Source of the DNA: Promethearchaeota archaeon
GTDB lineage: Archaea > Asgardarchaeota > Lokiarchaeia > Sigyniarchaeales > SOKP01
Direction of reading: 5' to 3'
Assembly (NCBI GenBank): GCA_030599585.1
Contig: JAUVNS010000013.1
Location: 69,782 to 133,781, forward strand
DNA length: 64,000 nucleotides
Shown here: positions 9,146 to 19,454 of the stretch, piece after piece
How the letters are laid out: every line of letters starts with the position of its first letter
Numbering within the stretch: position 1 is the stretch's first letter
Translations under genes and position numbers: made by a program
The notes under the pieces: model-generated
Seen by the model: only the letters and a program-made list of their open reading frames with translations
What the model was told of the DNA's origin: nothing
Databases searched by the model: none

Positions 9146-10525
9146 TTAAGATGTTTGCACATTACTCATTAAATTAATCCATTTTTCGATTTTTTCTCCT
9201 AATTCGAATTTCTCTTTAGAGCTTAGCCCTACATTCGGCTCTACTTTTTGATAAAGATTAATATATCTACTCATTTCCCATAAAACATGTGAATGCAAAA
9301 TCATACTCCTAATATAATCTCGGGCAATTTCAAGTGCCCTTCCTATGGACTTAATATCATAATCTTGATTTACAACGTCTTTAATTACAAGAAGAATCTC
9401 TCGAGAATTACTCATTGGAATGATAGGGAGTATTTTTATATCTACTGAAGGTCGTTTCATGCTTCTAATCTTGAATTCCTCCTGTTCCACTCCAAATTCC
9501 TCAACTCTAATAGTTTCTTTATTAACTTCTTTTGGTTGATATATTTTACTTTTTACTAGAACAACCGATCTCTCCAACTCATCCTTCGTTCTTCTCCTAA
9601 AACTCTCTGGCCAATCGACAAAAGAATTCATCCTTGGTTCAGCAGAGAGAAATATTGATTCCTTTGGCATTCTTTCATTTGATCTCTCAACTTTCTGAAC
9701 ATTAGAAGAACTCGTTTCTGATTTTAACCTTAAAGCCGCATTCACCAATATTGAGAACAAATACATTGGGTCGTAATCTATCGTAGAATAAACTCTTTTA
9801 AGTTTTAATATTAATTCTTCAATGTACTGTAAATTCTGATATGAGAAGTATTGCTCTAAGTGCTTTTTAGAGTCAAGTGTAATTCCGCTTAATCCTGCGG
9901 TTGGGCTTAAGAATTTAGTTTTCATTTCATAGTCCATTTCGGTAGAAAGCAAGATTTGATTAAAAGAATCCTCATGTGAGCTTAAGAGGATTGGTCCTGT
10001 TTTGTCTACTTGAAAAGATTGTGGATTTCTCAATGTTTCCATAAACTCTAAGATAATGTCCTTATAAGGAATGAACAGATTTCTCATCAGAGTTCCTTGA
10101 ATAAACGTACGCTTGTTATCAGATTTGAAAGATAAATCTACAGGTAACTTAAAGAGATTTTCGCTTACGATTATATCACGATCGTTTTCTAGAGTTACAT
10201 TTTTTGAGGTCGACAGATGATCGTAAACGAAATCTGAAAGCATCAATCCCGTTAATTGTCGATTATCAGTAATATATCTTCCACTTTGAAGTTCAAATTT
10301 AGTGTAATAATATCCTAGACCAAACAAATAATAAAAGGTCCCCTTTTCTGTTTGAACAGAACAATCAGCACCACTGAAAAAAATAACAAGGTCATGAGAT
10401 ATTTTCGACACATTGTGGTTAGAATACTTGCCTAAAGTGGGATAGCCGAGCAAATGTCCCCAACTAGGTATCACAAAAAAAGTATAATTTTCCACGATAT
10501 TAAGTTCCATTTTAGCGGTGGCCAT
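9146..10525 (-). CDS. Hypothetical protein; globular N-terminus, charged linker, C-terminal four-helix bundle (Vps28-CTD-like?)
   Basis: 459 aa ORF ending 8 bp upstream of the profilin on the same strand. Confidence 0.6.
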   Translation of the reverse strand: MATAKMELNIVENYTFFVIPSWGHLLGYPTLGKYSNHNVSKISHDLVIFFSGADCSVQTEKGTFYYLFGLGYYYTKFELQSGRYITDNRQLTGLMLSDFVYDHLSTSKNVTLENDRDIIVSENLFKLPVDLSFKSDNKRTFIQGTLMRNLFIPYKDIILEFMETLRNPQSFQVDKTGPILLSSHEDSFNQILLSTEMDYEMKTKFLSPTAGLSGITLDSKKHLEQYFSYQNLQYIEELILKLKRVYSTIDYDPMYLFSILVNAALRLKSETSSSNVQKVERSNERMPKESIFLSAEPRMNSFVDWPESFRRRTKDELERSVVLVKSKIYQPKEVNKETIRVEEFGVEQEEFKIRSMKRPSVDIKILPIIPMSNSREILLVIKDVVNQDYDIKSIGRALEIARDYIRSMILHSHVLWEMSRYINLYQKVEPNVGLSSKEKFELGEKIEKWINLMSNVQTS

Positions 10526-10770
10526 ACAGAATACAACTGAGAGTTTTTAATTATGATCCTATTAAAATATTATAAAAATCAATAGGGCAATGATTTCGTC
10601 ATACTAATCTGGATATACTACTTAATATATAATCTTATTACGTATATTTAAGTTTCTGTTGGAGTTTTATCAATATCTACGATACACTCAATTAATGGTC
10701 TCCTACAACAATATTAGTTGACAAAAAAATACGAATCATAAGCATTCAAAACTTAGATTTGTAAAGTAAA

Positions 10771-11517
10771 ATGACTGATATTGGTATTAGAAAAAATTTT
10801 CTTGATTTTGGAAAAAATATACAAATAGTAGCAATCTGTACTGTTTTAAGCATAGCAACGGGAATTACGGGGTTTATTGCGTTGATTTTCATTTTTATTG
10901 CCTTAGATAATATTAAAAAGGTAAACGTTCTGTTAAACAACGCTTCTTTAGAACAATTCCGTTCAAAATATATTCGAGGTTTTATTTCGAGAGTAGTGGG
11001 GATTATGATATTAATTACTGGAGGCGTGAATATTGCAGTCTATTTCATTTTCATGCCATTCCCGATATCGTTTTGGACCATGCTTTCGCTATCTATCATA
11101 CTCTTGTCCGCTGGGTTAATCTTTGTTATTGTCGGGTTATCTTCAGAAATTAAAGCTTGGAAAAATCTGAAGGATTTCTTTGAAAATAATAGTAGTTTAT
11201 TCCCAAATGACTTGTCCAGCGAATTGATAGATGGCTGTGATAAATTAAAGAAGGGTACATTATTGAGCGCATTCGGATTTTTAGTTATTCCTGGAATCAT
11301 AGGTTTTATATTTCAAGCTATTGGGTTCTTTAAACTAGCAAAACTCAACACATTAAGCGATTTTGACGCACCAAAAGAACTTGTAATAGTAGAACAGACT
11401 TACATTCCTAAAAAAGTGAGTGATATTAAAAGTTCTATTAATTTTTGTCCAAATTGCGGAACCAGATTATCGGGTTTAGGAAAATTCTGTGCTTTATGCG
11501 GTTCAGAAATCAATTAA
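10771..11517 (+). CDS. Multi-pass membrane protein (DUF973/DUF996-like) with C-terminal zinc ribbon
   Basis: Several hydrophobic segments; C-terminal CPNCG...CALCG. Confidence 0.75.
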   Translation: MTDIGIRKNFLDFGKNIQIVAICTVLSIATGITGFIALIFIFIALDNIKKVNVLLNNASLEQFRSKYIRGFISRVVGIMILITGGVNIAVYFIFMPFPISFWTMLSLSIILLSAGLIFVIVGLSSEIKAWKNLKDFFENNSSLFPNDLSSELIDGCDKLKKGTLLSAFGFLVIPGIIGFIFQAIGFFKLAKLNTLSDFDAPKELVIVEQTYIPKKVSDIKSSINFCPNCGTRLSGLGKFCALCGSEIN

Positions 11518-11630
11518 TTTTTTTTTTCTTTATTAGAAATTATGCGCTTACAAATTAAAAACAAAATTATTAAAACTGTAGAAATTAAATATAAAATTAA
11601 ACCTAATTAGATTTGCTAGAGGTTTCTAAA

Positions 11631-12383
11631 ATGTCAAATATAGATGTTAGAAGTGAGTTCTTCGAATTCGGAAAGAAGATGAAAATTGTAGGCATTATGA
11701 CCATTTTGGTTATTATTCCTTATGTTGGTGGTTTTTTAAGTTTTATTGGATTTATTTTTGGACTTATGGCTCTTACAGACATTAGAAACGCAAATAATAA
11801 GCTGAATCAGAGTTCGCTTGAAAATTATCGTTCGAAATATATTTCTGCTCTCGTAATCAGAATAATTAGCACTGCTATATCAGTAGTAGGATCTTTTTAC
11901 ACTTCGAATTGGGTAATAGATTTCGTATTTACATTTAATTTAGCAGCAATAATTGGCAGTACCATAATTCTACTCATTACTTTTGTGCTCAATATTATAG
12001 CAGCGGCAATTGAAATGGATGCTTGGCGTAGTTTAACAGATTTCTTTAACCAAAATCGGACCATGTTTCCACAACATATTGCGACGGAAGCTGCTGATGG
12101 CAGCGATAAATTACGTTCCGCAGCTTTAATGAACATTCTCTCGTTCTTAATCATCACTATTTTAATCGGTTGGATACTCCAAATCATAGGGTACTTTAAA
12201 CTAGCAAAATTTGAAGAAATTACGCTGTATTCTGATACAATTCCAATAACATCAGCCCCAGTAGAAGAAGTAATGTTTCAACCTACAACTTCCACATCGA
12301 GACTTAATTTTTGTCCTAGCTGTGGAGCAAAGGTTTCGGGTGAGGGTAAATATTGTGTAGAATGTGGTTCAGAGCTCAAATAA
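11631..12383 (+). CDS. Tandem paralog of the preceding membrane/zinc-ribbon protein
   Basis: Shared motifs SLE.(F/Y)RSKYI, AW..L.DFF, G.DKL, IG(F/Y)FKLAK, NFCP.CG; ATG at 11631. Confidence 0.75.
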   Translation: MSNIDVRSEFFEFGKKMKIVGIMTILVIIPYVGGFLSFIGFIFGLMALTDIRNANNKLNQSSLENYRSKYISALVIRIISTAISVVGSFYTSNWVIDFVFTFNLAAIIGSTIILLITFVLNIIAAAIEMDAWRSLTDFFNQNRTMFPQHIATEAADGSDKLRSAALMNILSFLIITILIGWILQIIGYFKLAKFEEITLYSDTIPITSAPVEEVMFQPTTSTSRLNFCPSCGAKVSGEGKYCVECGSELK

Positions 12384-12465
12384 ACAAACCATTAAAAACA
12401 CTTAATCATTTATTTGGGGGTTTTTTATTTTTACTTTCAATGACCTCCCTCTCCCTCTGTTATAT

Positions 12466-14301
12466 TTAGAACGCGATGAAATTCCGTCTCTTTACGGCCT
12501 CAATGATGTACTCATCTACTTTTATATCGCTTCTTTTTCGCTTTACACTTCGAATGATTTTTAGGATTTGCGCTAAAACAAAAAATTCAAATTTTGTCCA
12601 TTTCATAGCGAACGGTTTCTTAGTAGGTTCAATAGTTTTGTAAGGAATGGGTTTATCCTTAGCAGATTTATCTTTGTTATAAATGTATTTTTTAAATGGT
12701 TCTTCTTTAGGATACCGATTGAATGGATCTAATAAGTTTTTAATTTTAAACTTCTTAGCTCGTTTCTCGGTTATTTTTGATAAATAGATCATAACAGGAG
12801 TCGGTTCACCAATTAAACGTCGATATTTTTCGTCAGTTTTTCGAACTCTTCTCCTGACTACTCCATTTGGGGCAAATCGATCCATAGTTTCTATTGAAGT
12901 CCACAAGAGAGCAGCTTGATTTTTATAAAAAAGAGCTTTATGGTCTCGCATGATGGGATTTTTGGATTCGAAACAAAATTCATAACCATTCAAAGTTACA
13001 TCTAATTTGCGAAGTATGGAGGGGCCCCATGTTTTGTAAAGCAGATCGTATCCATATTCCGTTAAATTAAGAGTTTCATGCGTTTCTAATGCGACATTTT
13101 CTTGTGCTCCGCTCCAAAAATGCACATCTTCCCAAGGAACATCCCTAACTCTATTTTGTTCCATTAATTCTTCGTATAATACAGTACCCGGAAAAGGTGA
13201 TAACCTAGTTAATTGTTGAAAAGTAGGGTAACACGCGACGAAATAATTAAGGTCCTCATAAATGTTTGAATGATCATGGAAGTCCCAACCACAGACCCAC
13301 GCCCCCAAGGTTCTTATCCCCATTGAATGAAGCTTATCAAATACCTCACGGGCATCCACCTCTTGTCGCTTCTTATATCCATGCTCTCCAGCAAATTTCG
13401 ACTCTACACCTATAAAGATAGCACCTACCCCTATTTCAGCGATAGTTTCCCATCCATATTTCTGGGCAAAATTATAGATATTATCCACAGAGCCAAAAGC
13501 AAGCCAATCTAAGGATTCTACCACTTTAGGGCTGGATTCCCAATATTTCTTGGTTTCGAATAAGTATTCTGGATGACGGAAGTGATCTTCTTCTATAACA
13601 AATATTAACCGAACATCGGGAAAATGTTTGTGGTAAAGATATATATGTGAAACAAATTCCTTTGGTGATAACAGCTCAATGCGTTTAAAACCAAACATTT
13701 CTGTAGAAGAACAGAAATCACATCCCCCAGGACAACCTAAGCCAGTCACAACGAAACCTACATTACCAATTGGATATCTATTAATAAACCACGGAGCACC
13801 ACCACATTTTGGCATTAGTTTTTGTTCAATTGGTTGATTAGTGTCTTCTCCTAAAAATTCTCTAAGGAACTTTACACCTTCTCCTTTCACTACATAGTCT
13901 ACATATTTTTTTTGAGTTTCTTCGTCGTATTTGGCTTTGAAAGCTTGAGCAGCATAAGAACCTAACATAATTGTAGTATCCGGAGAAGTTTCACGGATAT
14001 ATTGGCACATTTTCATAACATTATCTAAATGGGGGGGGTATGCGCTTATTCCAATGATGCTGTAACCTTTGTCAACTTCTTTTATAAAGTCTTTCCATCG
14101 AGGATATTCTAACAAAGTTGCTGGTTTACTGATATTTTGAGCTAAAATGTGATTTGCGTAGCAATGAGTGTGAGATATTAAAGTAAATATATCATCTCCC
14201 TTTGTAAACCTTTGCCCAGTAGCATCCGTCAAAGAATCATTAGCGGGTAGAGTGGGATAAGGATAAGTAGGAGTTGTTAGTAAAATACGATTTTCGATCA
14301 T
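12466..14301 (-). CDS. B12-binding radical SAM protein
   Basis: N-terminal cobalamin-binding-type region (IIGIS, VDYVVKGEG); GCPGGCDFC CxxxCxxC; FIGVES; SPFPGT. Confidence 0.85.
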   Translation of the reverse strand: MIENRILLTTPTYPYPTLPANDSLTDATGQRFTKGDDIFTLISHTHCYANHILAQNISKPATLLEYPRWKDFIKEVDKGYSIIGISAYPPHLDNVMKMCQYIRETSPDTTIMLGSYAAQAFKAKYDEETQKKYVDYVVKGEGVKFLREFLGEDTNQPIEQKLMPKCGGAPWFINRYPIGNVGFVVTGLGCPGGCDFCSSTEMFGFKRIELLSPKEFVSHIYLYHKHFPDVRLIFVIEEDHFRHPEYLFETKKYWESSPKVVESLDWLAFGSVDNIYNFAQKYGWETIAEIGVGAIFIGVESKFAGEHGYKKRQEVDAREVFDKLHSMGIRTLGAWVCGWDFHDHSNIYEDLNYFVACYPTFQQLTRLSPFPGTVLYEELMEQNRVRDVPWEDVHFWSGAQENVALETHETLNLTEYGYDLLYKTWGPSILRKLDVTLNGYEFCFESKNPIMRDHKALFYKNQAALLWTSIETMDRFAPNGVVRRRVRKTDEKYRRLIGEPTPVMIYLSKITEKRAKKFKIKNLLDPFNRYPKEEPFKKYIYNKDKSAKDKPIPYKTIEPTKKPFAMKWTKFEFFVLAQILKIIRSVKRKRSDIKVDEYIIEAVKRRNFIAF

Positions 14302-14463
14302 TATTTAATATATTTTTCGTCATAAGTATTTAAATTTTATTTAAGAAAGCTAGTCTCGACTTTTTTTTATCTTTTCTATTCTTGTTTCAAGGCTTCAACT
14401 AAAAGAGCGGTCAATATAAAAACTTTTAATAGTCGTAGGATTATTTTTAATGGCTTAGATACC

Positions 14464-15042
14464 ATGCAAAGAATTAAAAAATTCTTTAGTCGAACATTTT
14501 CCGGATTAGTAGAAAGAGATCCGAACTTTATTCAAATGAGACTCAATGTAAAATCGATTACCCCCGAGTTTGAAAAGAGTCTTGAAGGAAAAATAGAGCA
14601 TAGTATCCTTCAAGCGGATGTTCGGGAAGCTTCAGAAGAGGATATAAGGTCACTTATACATCTGCACGATCTTGCTTGGCATTCAACACCTATGCCTTAT
14701 CGTCCACTAAAAAAAGACTCAATATCTAACTTATTAAATGATCCTACGATTATTTTTCTGATAGCTAAAGTTAAAGGAGAGGATAGTGGTTTTGCTCTAA
14801 TTTACTTTACTGGTGAAGAAAAACAGATAGGTATTATTGCTGGGATGGGGATTGTTCCAGATCTCCAGAGAAAAGGATTAGGTACAATTTTAGGTACGGC
14901 CGCTTGGGACTATTTCAAGAAGAAAGGCGTTGTAGAATTGCGTTGTAAAGTATATAAAGAAAATAAAATCTCTTATAACTTTATAAAGGGATTACACTTT
15001 GAAGAATATGATGATGATTTTGTACATTGGAAGTTATTCTAA
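14464..15042 (+). CDS. GNAT family N-acetyltransferase
   Basis: Acetyl-CoA motif IVPDLQRKGLG; N..S..F...LHF. Confidence 0.85.
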   Translation: MQRIKKFFSRTFSGLVERDPNFIQMRLNVKSITPEFEKSLEGKIEHSILQADVREASEEDIRSLIHLHDLAWHSTPMPYRPLKKDSISNLLNDPTIIFLIAKVKGEDSGFALIYFTGEEKQIGIIAGMGIVPDLQRKGLGTILGTAAWDYFKKKGVVELRCKVYKENKISYNFIKGLHFEEYDDDFVHWKLF

Positions 15043-15263
15043 ATTAAAAGAATCAATGATTGCTAAAAATTATGGGACATTGCTGAATACCTAAAAATGG
15101 ACTTTTAGTTTTAGTTTTAATCACTCCTCCTCTGAAATATTTTTTTTATCGACTTTTTAAATTGTTCTACGCTCTTGTAGAAAACGAGCAAATTTAATAA
15201 ACTTTAAAACGAATTAATAATGTTCTTATCATGAGTTTTAACACTTTAACTTGTTGAGCTAAC

Positions 15264-15386
15264 ATGGATAGTAAAAACTCTGAAAGAGATATTTGGTTAA
15301 CATATTGCGAAGAATGCGTAAAATCAAAAATCGACAAAAATGACCCTCAAGAATTTAAAGAAGACCCGAGGGAAGATACTACTTGA
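15264..15386 (+). CDS. Possible 40-aa small protein with CxxC (below ORF-track cutoff)
   Basis: ATG 15264 to TGA 15386: MDSKNSERDIWLTYCEECVKSKIDKNDPQEFKEDPREDTT, in an otherwise empty 485-bp gap, purine-rich coding-like composition. Confidence 0.45.
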   Translation: MDSKNSERDIWLTYCEECVKSKIDKNDPQEFKEDPREDTT

Positions 15387-15527
15387 TGAAAAATATCTAA
15401 TTTTTGTTAATTAAACCACTTTTCTTCCTATATTTTAATAACAACACTGACCTATTTTAATTATTAAATACTCTAAATTAAATGTGAATAATTACTTTTA
15501 TTCTAATTTAATGAAACAGGTTATATT

Positions 15528-16706
15528 ATGAATTCTATAGAACGCGTAAAAGCAGCTCTACAATTCAATAATCCAGACAAAGTACCAGTTTTTGATTTAG
15601 TACGTGGTGATCTTTTGCCTTTACCATTAACTTTTTCTAATAATTGGAAACCTGGATGGAAAGAAGGGGAAGAGAACTTGTTTCCTCATATAAGAGGAGG
15701 TTATAAATGGGATAGGCCTGATTGGGCTAACAAAGCAGAATTTGAGGGTAATAAGTGGAGAACTTTACATCACGAGGAAGTTGATGAATGGGGCTGTATT
15801 TGGAACATGCAGGGAAATGATACAAATATGGGGCATCCTGGAAGGGCTTCTTTACCAGATTGGAATGATTATGAAAATTACATTGAGAAATATTCTCCTG
15901 ATCCATCAGATAAATCTAGATTTAAATTAGCATTTCAATTAAAAAAAAACAGTGATCCAGAAAAATATCGTGTTCTTTTACCAATGTATCACGGTCTCTC
16001 ACAACTTACGTCTTATATTCGTGGATTTAATAATTATTTAATTGACCATAAAAGGAATCCGGATCAATTAAAAAGACTATTAGAACACATTGCAGATTAT
16101 TATATCCAATTAATTAAAAGTTCAATAAAATTGGGATTAGAACCTCACGGTGTGTGGTTTACAGACGATCTTGGGCAGCAAAGTGGTCCTTTCATTAGTC
16201 CAAAGATGTTTGAATCTTTTTACGAATCATCTTATAAAAGAGTTTTTGATGTGGCTCATGATTTAGGTTTAGATGTCCACTTGCATTGTTGTGGAAAAGT
16301 TGATCGATTACTACCAATTTTTATTAAGTGGGGGCTAAATGCAATTGAATTTGATAGCCCTCGAATGAGTGGTTATGAGGATTTAAGACCGTATCGAGGT
16401 AAAATTATGTTTTGGGGTTGCGTGAATATTCAATCTATATATACATTAGGAACTCCTGAAGAAGTAAAAAGGGAAGTGTGGCATATGATTAGGAACTTAG
16501 GTACAAAAAATGGTGGTTACGGTGCCTATTTTTATTCTGATTATAAAGATATTGGAGTTAGACGAGAAAATATTAAAGCATTTCAAAGTGGGTTGAAAGA
16601 ATATGGTATATACTCAAAAATTCCTCTCCATTGGTGGGATTATCCTACAATAGATAATTGGAAAGACTCTGAAGTTCCTCCTTTACCACCTTTGGATTCT
16701 AACTAA
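15528..16706 (+). CDS. Uroporphyrinogen decarboxylase family protein (URO-D/MtaA-CmuA-like)
   Basis: MNSIERV..PDKVP, DEWG, DDLGQQ..PFISP, HLHCCG, GTPEEV. Confidence 0.85.
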   Translation: MNSIERVKAALQFNNPDKVPVFDLVRGDLLPLPLTFSNNWKPGWKEGEENLFPHIRGGYKWDRPDWANKAEFEGNKWRTLHHEEVDEWGCIWNMQGNDTNMGHPGRASLPDWNDYENYIEKYSPDPSDKSRFKLAFQLKKNSDPEKYRVLLPMYHGLSQLTSYIRGFNNYLIDHKRNPDQLKRLLEHIADYYIQLIKSSIKLGLEPHGVWFTDDLGQQSGPFISPKMFESFYESSYKRVFDVAHDLGLDVHLHCCGKVDRLLPIFIKWGLNAIEFDSPRMSGYEDLRPYRGKIMFWGCVNIQSIYTLGTPEEVKREVWHMIRNLGTKNGGYGAYFYSDYKDIGVRRENIKAFQSGLKEYGIYSKIPLHWWDYPTIDNWKDSEVPPLPPLDSN

Positions 16707-16728
16707 AAAAATAAAAAATTTCTTTTAG

Positions 16729-19401
16729 TTATTTAAAGTTTATTACCCATGTTAACGGTTTATTAAGGTTACTTTCACCAATTAAAAATACTTGATTATT
16801 TTTTATCGTAAAATCCTTTTCAATTCCATTTATTAGAACAGAATCGATTTTATCAAGTTCCTTATTAACCAATTCTAAAGATAATTTCCACGTACCTTCT
16901 TTCACGGGATTATACCACCCTGAGTATCCATTTTTAGTTTTTTCTAATCCAATTAGAGAAGTTCTAAATTTATATTTATCTTGAAGGAGAGTAGGTCTTA
17001 ATTCTACACCTTCAAGAATGAAATTTATCCCTATTAAACGAGTTATGTCATAAAGTGGCCATGCATGAGGATGTAAGTTGAAAACTGGAAAATCAGTCCA
17101 AGCAGTTTCATAATGCCCCAACAATTCCTCTCCATCTACAGCTTCTCGTTCGCCACTTATTAAAGACTCATCAAAAACGGTTTGTCCGGGATACTTAGAT
17201 AAATCCGAGTTATATGTATCTGGTCCACTCCAAATACCATACCACACATCGGGAAAATTCTCAGCATGATAAGCAAGCGTATTTTTTTTCCATTCGTCCC
17301 ATCCCATCTCGCTATTTACTAAAGAAAGTGCCCAGATTAAAGTTCCATTTATCGATGGCCAAATTCCAGCGTTTATTCCCTGTCCCATATTTTTTATGCT
17401 CTCAATTCCTTTGCTATGAAGCCTCGCACCGATTTTTGAAGGTTTTCGTACTAATTCATTAATGGATTGAACTAAAACCTTCTTTTCCCTATCATCAAGA
17501 GCATTCCCAATAATAGCCCATGGTTGAGGTTCTAACCACATCTGGTCCTCACCGACCCAGCCTATATCTTCTGTTAACCAGGCCCGTCTAAACCATTTTC
17601 CTGTCCACTGGGCTTTTACTGCCTCCCTTTGTGATTCAGAATAATTCAGAACTTCTAAAGCTAATTCAGATTCGTTAACAAAACTTAACATCTCAGAGTA
17701 AATTTTAAGTGAGAAAATAGCCATTGCGGCATTTAAAACGCTTTCTCCTTCTTTTTGAATTTCTTTATGTTTCTCAGGTGGAATGTTTCCAATTACAACA
17801 CCATCGTTCCAATCCCCATTCGATATTCGTTGAAGCCCATGGCGTCCTGTTCCAGTTTTTTTAACTAAGTGACGATAACATCTTTTCAATATTTCTCCGA
17901 CTGTTACTATCTCGACTCGAGATCCATAAACGGGATATCTCGAAATTTTCTCGGAAAGGAAATCTGAATCTCGCGAACCAAGAATATATTCGCTTGCCAG
18001 CCACAACAACCACATTTCTTGATCGCTCGGTTTGAAAGGAGCTGGTAAAATTTGTCCGCTACCAGTGATAGCGTAAGGTATTTCACCGCTTTTACGAACT
18101 GTTTTTAGAGTATACCTAATTACATCCTTAACAATGTCAGGATCGTTGTAAATAAACGGTAAAGCGTGCTGTAAAGGATCTCGAGCAGCCCCTTGAAATC
18201 CAATTATATATTGATAAACGTGACCCTGAGAGAGTATATGTTCTTTGAAAAAACTATCGTAAGTCATAGCGCTTCGTAAGTAGTAATAATGCCAAAACAC
18301 CTCGCGATTTACCCAATCCTCGTCATTAATTTGTAATTGTATTCTACTTGCTTTCCATTTCTCACAAGATTCTTTAAACTTTATGGATGTGTTTGTTTTG
18401 TATTTTTTAATTAATGGTTCTAGTTCGAAATTATCGGGGAGATATCCGTATAAAAAAGATAATGTGCAACTTTCACCGGCGTCTAAGCTTACTTTCGTTT
18501 CTAAGAGCATGGAACTTTCTACTCCTGTTGAATTAATGCTATTAGTTAGATTGTTTTTCAAGCCATCAGGAGATTCAACGCCACCTATACCAAAAAAATC
18601 TTTACTGTTCGTTTGCATTCCGCTGATTTCAGAGTCTAAGGAAACTAAAAATGTTTTGGGAGGAAATTTATCGTCAAAACTAGGTTTAAGGTTGTTCGAA
18701 TCATATATTGTTTTGTGGTCTTCGACGTATCTTTTATCTTGAATACCCATGCCTTTCTCAATTGATTTAAACTCATGTTTGAGTTTATCGCTTGATTCAT
18801 GCCGGATGTCTCTTGGATGTTTATCGGATGTTTTCGAAAGGACTCCTGCAAATGCTGCAGCAGAAAACTGATATGTATAACAACCCCAATATTCGATCCA
18901 ACGCAAGTCTGCTCGCTTTTCTCTATTATTGGTAATTTTAACTTGAGAAATTACTACAGGATCGTCCCCAAAAGGTGCGGATATAATTTGATCTATTAAA
19001 TATCCTTTTCCACTTACTTTTTTTTGAAAATAACCGATTCCAAAAATTCGTTCGAATGAGTTTGCATTTCCGGGATAGTATGTGCTTAAATGATCGTCGT
19101 TATCTGTTAGATATCCAAATCCTCCAGCAAATTGTCCTTGTTCTGGATTAAACTCATTCAAGTATTTTGGACCGCCCTCATCTTGTCTTACCTGGACATG
19201 TCCATAATTCGAAACTACAGCAACCAACCTGTCATTTCCAACTTGGTGAAGGTGTTCTGTTTTTGAACGCCACTTATCATTCATTGGAGTTAATGCTTTT
19301 GGGTCGTTTATTTGATCGCATGTATACCGATATGCGGGCATTCCAAAATCGTCTTCAATCCACTCACCAAAATAACCTGAACCAAATTCTTTTTTTGACA
19401 T
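16729..19401 (-). CDS. GH94-like glycoside phosphorylase
   Basis: GAARDPLQ, catalytic GDWNDG, GESVLNA, WLEPQPWAI motifs of cellobiose/chitobiose phosphorylase-type enzymes. Confidence 0.8.
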   Translation of the reverse strand: MSKKEFGSGYFGEWIEDDFGMPAYRYTCDQINDPKALTPMNDKWRSKTEHLHQVGNDRLVAVVSNYGHVQVRQDEGGPKYLNEFNPEQGQFAGGFGYLTDNDDHLSTYYPGNANSFERIFGIGYFQKKVSGKGYLIDQIISAPFGDDPVVISQVKITNNREKRADLRWIEYWGCYTYQFSAAAFAGVLSKTSDKHPRDIRHESSDKLKHEFKSIEKGMGIQDKRYVEDHKTIYDSNNLKPSFDDKFPPKTFLVSLDSEISGMQTNSKDFFGIGGVESPDGLKNNLTNSINSTGVESSMLLETKVSLDAGESCTLSFLYGYLPDNFELEPLIKKYKTNTSIKFKESCEKWKASRIQLQINDEDWVNREVFWHYYYLRSAMTYDSFFKEHILSQGHVYQYIIGFQGAARDPLQHALPFIYNDPDIVKDVIRYTLKTVRKSGEIPYAITGSGQILPAPFKPSDQEMWLLWLASEYILGSRDSDFLSEKISRYPVYGSRVEIVTVGEILKRCYRHLVKKTGTGRHGLQRISNGDWNDGVVIGNIPPEKHKEIQKEGESVLNAAMAIFSLKIYSEMLSFVNESELALEVLNYSESQREAVKAQWTGKWFRRAWLTEDIGWVGEDQMWLEPQPWAIIGNALDDREKKVLVQSINELVRKPSKIGARLHSKGIESIKNMGQGINAGIWPSINGTLIWALSLVNSEMGWDEWKKNTLAYHAENFPDVWYGIWSGPDTYNSDLSKYPGQTVFDESLISGEREAVDGEELLGHYETAWTDFPVFNLHPHAWPLYDITRLIGINFILEGVELRPTLLQDKYKFRTSLIGLEKTKNGYSGWYNPVKEGTWKLSLELVNKELDKIDSVLINGIEKDFTIKNNQVFLIGESNLNKPLTWVINFK

Positions 19402-19454
19402 TTGTTATATCATCTCTGTTTTTTACTAGTAATCACAAATTATTAAAAAATAAA

